Below, one piece after another: positions 58,363-64,000 of a stretch of 64,000 nucleotides of DNA; the stretch's first letter is position 1, and every line of letters starts with the position of its first letter. The notes under the pieces are model-generated. The model was given only the letters and a program-made list of their open reading frames with translations, was not told where the DNA came from and did no database searches. The stretch spans positions 64,001-128,000 of the forward strand of contig JBIJDH010000007.1 of assembly GCA_044344255.1 (NCBI GenBank), read 5' to 3'. The position numbers and the translations under genes were made by a program. The DNA comes from Myxococcota bacterium. Its GTDB lineage: Bacteria; Myxococcota_A; UBA796; UBA2385.

Positions 58363-59034
58363 ATGCGGATCCTGATCGTCGAAGATGAGAAGAAGATCGC
58401 CAGCTTCTTGACTCGTGGCCTGTCTGAAGAGGGCCACTCGATGGTCGGGACGGGCGATCTCGCCCAGGCCCGCGCCGCCCTGGCGGACGGGAGCTTTGAC
58501 CTCTTGCTCGTCGATCGGATGCTCCCCGACGGAGACGGGCTCTCCCTCATCCGCGAGCTGCGCCGAGCCGGCGACCGCACCCCCGCCCTCTGCCTCACCG
58601 CCCGCGACCGCCTCGAAGAGCGGGTCGAAGGGCTCTACGGCGGCGCCGACGACTACCTCGTCAAGCCCTTCGCCTTCGAGGAGCTGCTGGCCCGCATCGC
58701 CGCCATCACCCGCCGCGGGACCACCACGCGGGTGCTGCAGGTGGGAGATCTGCAGATCGACACCGACGCCTACCGCGTGACCCGCGCCGGCGAAGAGATC
58801 ACCGTCACCGCTCAGGAGATGCGCCTGCTGCGCGTCCTCGCCGAGAACGCCGGTCGTGTGATGTCTCGTACCCGCCTCCTCGAGCTCGTCTGGGACACCC
58901 GCTTCGATCCTGGGACCAACGTGGTCGATGTCTACGTGAGCTACCTCCGCCAGAAGATCGACAAGGGGCACGATCGGGCCCTGCTCCACACGGTCCGCGG
59001 CGCCGGCTACGTCCTGGAGGACCGGCGCCGTTGA
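58363..59034 (+). CDS. OmpR-family response regulator (CusR/CzcR-like)
   Basis: ILIVEDE, DRMLP..DG, GADDYLVKPFAFEEL, TNVVDVYVSYLRQKID and TVRGAGY. Confidence 0.95.
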   Translation: MRILIVEDEKKIASFLTRGLSEEGHSMVGTGDLAQARAALADGSFDLLLVDRMLPDGDGLSLIRELRRAGDRTPALCLTARDRLEERVEGLYGGADDYLVKPFAFEELLARIAAITRRGTTTRVLQVGDLQIDTDAYRVTRAGEEITVTAQEMRLLRVLAENAGRVMSRTRLLELVWDTRFDPGTNVVDVYVSYLRQKIDKGHDRALLHTVRGAGYVLEDRRR

Positions 59035-60335
59035 GCACGCTCACCGCGCGCCTCACCCGCCTCAGCGTCGGGCTGCTCCTCGGGGTCCTCGGGGCGACGG
59101 GCGTGCTCACCGCGAGCCTTCTCTACATCCTCCAGCTCCGCGCGCTCGATGACACCCTGGTCGCGGCGGCGCTGGCCTTCGGGGACCACGACTGGGACTC
59201 CGTTCACACAGAGTCCTCGGTGACCGTGGTTCGCGCGAGCGAACAAGAGCGCCGACTGTACTGGCGGGAGGATGAGAGCCCCGTCTGGACGGACGAGGGT
59301 GAGGAGCGGGTGCTCTACCTGCCGGTCGAGGTGAAGGGCGAGGACGGTGAGGACTCGGACGAGCACCAGCTCGTCATCGCTCGCGCGCCCCGGGTGAGCA
59401 TCCTCGGCAGCCTCGGGGCCTTCTCCCTCGCGTATGGCTTCGCCTCTTCGGCGGTGGTCGCCGTCGGCGCTTGGTTGCAGCGCAGGCTCGTCCTCGTGGC
59501 GGTGCGCCCGCTGAGAGAGGCGACGGGCTCGCTCTCGCGCGTGATGGGCGCGGGACAGGGGGCGCGGGTCTGTGAGGAGGGGCCGGACGAGGTCCGCTCG
59601 CTGCTCAAGGCCATCAACAGCCTGCTCGGCCGCCTCGACCGCGCCGCCCTCGTGCAGGCCCGCTTCACCGCCGAGGCCGCCCACGAGCTGCGCACCCCCG
59701 TCGCCGTGATGCTGGGTGAGCTCGATGTGGTGCTCCGGCGGCCCCGCTCGGACATTGAGCTCCGCGACGCGCTCGTCTCCAGCCGCGAAGAGGTGCGGCG
59801 CCTCGCCGATCTCGTAGACGGGCTGCTGCTGCTGGCGCGCATCGACGCGGGTCAAGCCGAGCAGGGGCGCGAGCGGGTGCGGGTGCGCGAGCTCATCGAG
59901 GAGGCTCGGCGGCGAGAGGGCGCCCAGATCATCGGCGCGGGCGGACACCTCGACGTGCGCGTCGAGGGGGAGCCCTGGGTGGAGGTCCACGCAGCGCTGA
60001 TCGTCTCGGCGATCGCCAACCTGCTCCGAAACGCGGCCCGCCACGCCCCGGGGAGCCGGGTGTCGGTGGAGGCGCGGCTCGTCGACGAGTCGGTGGTGAT
60101 CCTCGTCGAGGACGACGGCCCGGGCGTGCTCCCCGACGACCGGGAGTCTGTCTTCGATCGCCTCAGCCGCGGCACCCGGGCCCGCCAACACGGCGGTGGC
60201 CTCGGGCTCGGCCTGCCGTTGACCCGCGAGGTGGCCCGCCGGCACGGGGGGGACTGCTGGATGGAGCCCGGCCCCGGCTGCCGGGTGCGGATGCGCCTGC
60301 CCTCGTCCGACGCCCCGCATGGCCGGACCGCCTGA
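59031..60335 (+). CDS. Sensor histidine kinase (HAMP, HisKA, HATPase)
   Basis: AAHELRTP, NLLRNA, EDDGPG and GLGLGL; TTGA overlap with the response regulator. Confidence 0.95.
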   Translation: MSTLTARLTRLSVGLLLGVLGATGVLTASLLYILQLRALDDTLVAAALAFGDHDWDSVHTESSVTVVRASEQERRLYWREDESPVWTDEGEERVLYLPVEVKGEDGEDSDEHQLVIARAPRVSILGSLGAFSLAYGFASSAVVAVGAWLQRRLVLVAVRPLREATGSLSRVMGAGQGARVCEEGPDEVRSLLKAINSLLGRLDRAALVQARFTAEAAHELRTPVAVMLGELDVVLRRPRSDIELRDALVSSREEVRRLADLVDGLLLLARIDAGQAEQGRERVRVRELIEEARRREGAQIIGAGGHLDVRVEGEPWVEVHAALIVSAIANLLRNAARHAPGSRVSVEARLVDESVVILVEDDGPGVLPDDRESVFDRLSRGTRARQHGGGLGLGLPLTREVARRHGGDCWMEPGPGCRVRMRLPSSDAPHGRTA

Positions 60336-60341
60336 CTGTCA

Positions 60342-60358
60342 AGGTCAGATTCTGACCT
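60342..60358. promoter_or_regulatory. Perfect palindrome (8-bp arms, 1-nt centre) upstream of recN
   Basis: AGGTCAGA-T-TCTGACCT. Confidence 0.45.
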
Positions 60359-60379
60359 GCGCCCGGAGGCGGACACTGG

Positions 60380-60388
60380 TTATCCACA
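60380..60388 (+). promoter_or_regulatory. DnaA box
   Basis: Exact TTATCCACA, with degenerate boxes nearby (60392-60419). Confidence 0.6.
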
Positions 60389-60506
60389 GCTTGTGCGCAA
60401 GCCTGTTGACATGTCCACGAAGCGCCTCGAAGTCTCCCGAGCACGGGCGGCGTCTCTGGCGTCCTCTTGGATCTACCTTCTCATCTCCTGAGGCGGCCTC
60501 CCCGAC

Positions 60507-62285
60507 ATGCTGAGCCTGCTCCGCATCCAGAACCTCGCCATCATCGACAACCTCGAGCTCGAGCTCGGGCCGGGGCTGAACGTCCTCACGGGGGAGACCG
60601 GTGCCGGCAAGTCGATCCTCGTCGGGGCGCTCAAGCTCGTGCTCGGCGGCAAGCCGCGCCCGGAGATGGTGCGCACGGGCGCCGAGTCGGCCGTGGTGGA
60701 GGCCCTCTTCGACATCGGCGACAACCCCCGTGCTCGCGCGCGGCTCGAGGCGGAGGGCATCGAGGCCGAGGGCGACGGTGAGGTCGTGGTGCGGCGCATC
60801 ATCGGCGCCGGCGGCCGCTCGCGGGCCTTCGTCAACGGCAAGCTCACCACCGCCGACCAGCTCAGCCGCCTCGCCGTGGGGCTGGTCGACATCTCCTCGC
60901 AGCACCAGCACCACAGCCTCGTCGATGAGGCCACGCACATCGACTACCTCGACGCCTTCGCCGAGGTGGAGGCGGAGCGGGCGCAGGTGGGGCTGGCCCA
61001 CGCCGAGCTCGTCGCCGCCGTGCGGGCCCTGAAGGAGGCCGAGGCGGCGGTGCGGAGCCGGGCCGAGCGGGAGCAGTTCTTACGCTTTCAGCTCGAGGAC
61101 GTGCGCAAGCTCGACCCCAAGCCCGGCGAGGAGGAGGCGCTGCACCAGGAGGGCGAGCGCCTGCGGCACGCCGAGCGGCTGAGCCAGGTGACCAGCGGCG
61201 GCGAGAAGGTCTTGCACAGCGGCAACGGCGCCGTCTGTGAGAAGCTGCGGCGCCTCGCGGTGGACCTGCGCGACGCCGCCAAGGTCGAGCCGAGCCTCGA
61301 GGGGGTGGCTGGGCGGGTGGAGTCGGCCCGCCTGGAGCTCCAGGACGCCGCCCAGGAGCTCGGCCGGAAGGGGCGCAACTACCCTGAAGATCCGCGCCGG
61401 CTCGCGGAGATCGAGGACCGCACCACCGCCTTGCGTCGCCTGCTCCGCCGGCACGGCCCCACCCTCGAGGCCCTGCTGGAGTGGCGGGCCGGCGCCGAGG
61501 CCGAGCTTGCCGCCCTCTCCGACGGCGACCTGCGCGTGGAGGAGGCCGAGCGGGCGCTGCGGCGGGTGCGGGCGTCGGCCTCCGAGGTCGCCCACGCGCT
61601 CTCGCTCCGCCGGCAGGCCGCCGCCACGGCGCTCGGCGACGCCATCACGGCCGAGCTCAACGCGCTCGGGATGGGCGGGGCGCGGGTGGAGGTGGCGGTG
61701 GCGCCCACCAGCGGCGCCTCCGACGTGGAGGTGGATGGCGCCCGGCTCACCGCCACCGGCATCGACCGGGTGGAATTCCTGATCGCCCCCAACCCGGGCG
61801 AGGCGCCTCGGCCGCTCCGGCAGGTCGCCAGCGGCGGCGAGCTCAGCCGCTCCCTGCTCGCGCTCAAGCGGGTGCTCTCCGGCCTCGGCCCCGTCGGGCT
61901 CTACGTCTTCGATGAGGTCGACACGGGCGTCGGCGGGGCGGTGGCCGAGGTCATCGGCCGCAAGCTCGCTGAGGTGGCCGACGGCGGGCAGGTGCTCTGC
62001 ATCACCCACCTCCCCCAGGTGGCGGCCTGGGCTGACCGTCACCTCCGCGTGCACAAGGCGGTCGTCGACGGCCGCACCCAGAGCGGGGTGGAGCACCTCG
62101 ACAGCCACCACGCCCGCCGAGAGGAGCTGGCGCGGATGCTGGGTGGGGTCGAGGTGGGGGACGGCGCCCGCGAGAACGCAGAGGACATGCTCGCCATCGC
62201 GGCCCGGCGCGCGCGGCCGGCTCAGGAGATCACGGGCGGCGTCCGCAAGGACCAGGTGAACCGGCCGATCTCCACGCCCTCGTAG
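60507..62285 (+). CDS. recN: DNA repair protein RecN
   Basis: LTGETGAGKSIL, ASGGELSR, FDEVDTGVGG, QVLCITHLPQVAA and ELARMLGG. Confidence 0.97.
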   Translation: MLSLLRIQNLAIIDNLELELGPGLNVLTGETGAGKSILVGALKLVLGGKPRPEMVRTGAESAVVEALFDIGDNPRARARLEAEGIEAEGDGEVVVRRIIGAGGRSRAFVNGKLTTADQLSRLAVGLVDISSQHQHHSLVDEATHIDYLDAFAEVEAERAQVGLAHAELVAAVRALKEAEAAVRSRAEREQFLRFQLEDVRKLDPKPGEEEALHQEGERLRHAERLSQVTSGGEKVLHSGNGAVCEKLRRLAVDLRDAAKVEPSLEGVAGRVESARLELQDAAQELGRKGRNYPEDPRRLAEIEDRTTALRRLLRRHGPTLEALLEWRAGAEAELAALSDGDLRVEEAERALRRVRASASEVAHALSLRRQAAATALGDAITAELNALGMGGARVEVAVAPTSGASDVEVDGARLTATGIDRVEFLIAPNPGEAPRPLRQVASGGELSRSLLALKRVLSGLGPVGLYVFDEVDTGVGGAVAEVIGRKLAEVADGGQVLCITHLPQVAAWADRHLRVHKAVVDGRTQSGVEHLDSHHARREELARMLGGVEVGDGARENAEDMLAIAARRARPAQEITGGVRKDQVNRPISTPS

Positions 62286-62442
62286 GTCTCCCGCAGCGCC
62301 AGCCGGTAGGGGCCCTGCGGGGAGCCCGCGAGCAGGGTCCAGCCGCTCATCGGCGGCCTGCAGGTGGGGCTGCAGGTGTGCCGGCTGACCCGCACGTCCG
62401 TGGCGGCCTCGGTCGGCGGAGCCTTTCCCGGTGATCCGCTGG

Positions 62443-63282
62443 TTAAATCCGTGCACCGGCCGCGACGGCGGCCTCGATGAAGCGCTCGATGTCGGTCGGC
62501 GTGACAAAGACCCGGCGCCGCGCCTCGATCATCAATCCACCCTTGCTCCGGCTCGCGCTGGCGTGGAAGCCGCCCTCCCCATCGCGAAAGGCGCCGAGCC
62601 AGAGGCCGGGTAGGCCCGTCCCCGCGAGGCGGAAGGCGCGGCCGAGGTCAGCCCGGCGGAGGCGAACCCCCTCGAGCGGGACCTCCAGCTCGCCGAAGTG
62701 CCGCGGCACGAACAAGGAGCGGCCCTCGATCCGATAGACCAACGGCCGGAAGATCTGTCGGAGGAGGAGCACGAGCCCGATGGGCAGCGCGAGCACGAGG
62801 GCCGCGAGGCCATAGGCCCAGGCGGGCACGGTCCGGCCCGGCAGGGAGACCGACGCCGTGCCCTGGGGGTCCTGCAGGGCGGCCTGGAAGGCGAGGGCGT
62901 CGGGGGGGGAGAGGACCAGGGGCGGGCCGCTGGCGCGGGTGATCACGAGCACGTCGGCGCGGCAGTCGGTGGCGAGGGCGACCTCTCCCACCCCGTCGAG
63001 GGCCCAGTCGCCGGCGCAGTAGCCGCCCATCGCGGTGCCGTTGCGCCGGTGGGCGCCCGTGATCTGCCGCGCCTCCACCCCGCGGAGCTCGGCGCGCGGC
63101 ACGCGCACGCCGTCGTCCATCCGGCCGAGGCGGGCCTCGACCACGAGCGCCTCGGGGTTGACCGAGTAGCGGAGGGTGGTGGGCGCCACCATCACGTAGG
63201 CGCCGAAGAGGGCGCCGCCCGCCGGGAGCAGGAGCAGGAGGAGCCAGAGGAACGAGGGAGGCGGGCCGGCGGGGAACTTCAT
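62443..63282 (-). CDS. Membrane protein with two bacterial PH-like domains
   Basis: Two TM + R.xGT.(M/L).G...G.(W/F) modules. Confidence 0.7.
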   Translation of the reverse strand: MKFPAGPPPSFLWLLLLLLPAGGALFGAYVMVAPTTLRYSVNPEALVVEARLGRMDDGVRVPRAELRGVEARQITGAHRRNGTAMGGYCAGDWALDGVGEVALATDCRADVLVITRASGPPLVLSPPDALAFQAALQDPQGTASVSLPGRTVPAWAYGLAALVLALPIGLVLLLRQIFRPLVYRIEGRSLFVPRHFGELEVPLEGVRLRRADLGRAFRLAGTGLPGLWLGAFRDGEGGFHASASRSKGGLMIEARRRVFVTPTDIERFIEAAVAAGARI

Positions 63283-63316
63283 CCCTCGCGGCTATCGTGT
63301 TCTGCGGCCTCTATAC

Positions 63317-64000
63317 TCAGTCTCCCACGTAGTAGGTGTCGAAGCTCTGGTACACGGTGTTGCCGGTGCCGCCGAGGATCGCCGAGGCGTAGTAGTCGGT
63401 GACGTTGCGGTAGCCGCTCACGACCGCGCTCGCGGGAGCGTTGGTGCGGTTCTCGGCCCCGCCCAGCACGACGCTGTCGTCGCCCGCCGCCGCGTTGATC
63501 TGCCCGCCGCCCACGAGGCTGCGCGGGCCCGACGCGACGTTACCCTGGCCGGCGAGCACGGCCGCGGCCTCCCCGCTGGCCTCGTTGTCCTGTCCGCTGA
63601 GCACGACCCCATAGAGCCCCGAGGCGAGGTTGCCGTGCCCGCTGAGCGCCACGCCGTCCTCCCAGGCCTCGTTCGAGTCGCCGCCGACGAGGGAGCGGTT
63701 GCCCGCCGTGTTCCCGGCGCCGAAGAGCACGCTCCCCCAGCCGGTGTAGCTGTGGTCCATCCCGAGCACGAGGTTGTGGCTGCCGCCGCGGGAGGCGCCG
63801 CCGCTGTCCTCGTCGTAGCCGAGGATGATGTTGCCGAGGCCGTTGCTGGTGTTGGTGGCGGCGGCGCCGTTGCGCACCCGTAGGTTGGCGCCGTCGATGA
63901 TCACGTCGTCACCGCTCAGGTAGAGGGTGCCGAGCAGCTCGTCCACCTCGGCGATGACCGGCCGGGCGGCCCCCCACTCGGCGTCGAGGGATGTGGTGCT
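63317..64000 (-). CDS. Hypothetical protein with Gly/Asn-rich beta-helix-like repeats, 5'-truncated by the window edge
   Basis: Frame open to the window end; NGLGNIILGY.E, GSHNLVLG and repeated V.(S/G)G..N.A.G units. Confidence 0.7.
   Translation of the reverse strand, partial: STTSLDAEWGAARPVIAEVDELLGTLYLSGDDVIIDGANLRVRNGAAATNTSNGLGNIILGYDEDSGGASRGGSHNLVLGMDHSYTGWGSVLFGAGNTAGNRSLVGGDSNEAWEDGVALSGHGNLASGLYGVVLSGQDNEASGEAAAVLAGQGNVASGPRSLVGGGQINAAAGDDSVVLGGAENRTNAPASAVVSGYRNVTDYYASAILGGTGNTVYQSFDTYYVGD

Noticed and set aside
60336..60506. oriC
   Set aside because: Only one perfect DnaA box, no AT-rich unwinding region, and no dnaA/dnaN in the window.

Overview
High-GC bacterial chromosomal window, most likely Myxococcota (inferred from MYXO-CTERM-like tails, several MopE-like/FG-GAP surface proteins, an eSTK-PEGA kinase and parA-parB-bactofilin synteny). 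Housekeeping genes include sdhAB, a YebC-family regulator, a DnaQ-like exonuclease, parAB, udk, rsmE, recN, a two-component pair and a cation/H+ antiporter. They are interspersed with many secreted or envelope proteins, including three consecutive LtaS/sulfatase-fold membrane enzymes. I found no tRNA, rRNA, CRISPR array or transposase. The three best leads are: (1) a lower-GC gene at 53888-55042 whose N-terminal domain has the motif order of a gasdermin-like pore-forming domain but carries a signal-peptide-like leader and paired cysteines, next to an MltA lytic transglycosylase; (2) a three-gene operon at 29817-31244 encoding a 60-aa 'signal peptide + MYXO-CTERM-like tail only' microprotein, a His-motif membrane protein and a small Glu/His membrane protein; (3) a consensus sigma-54 promoter driving a lipoprotein plus MopE/FG-GAP pair that contains lower-GC internal segments. 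All functional calls come from motif recognition by eye; no searches were run.
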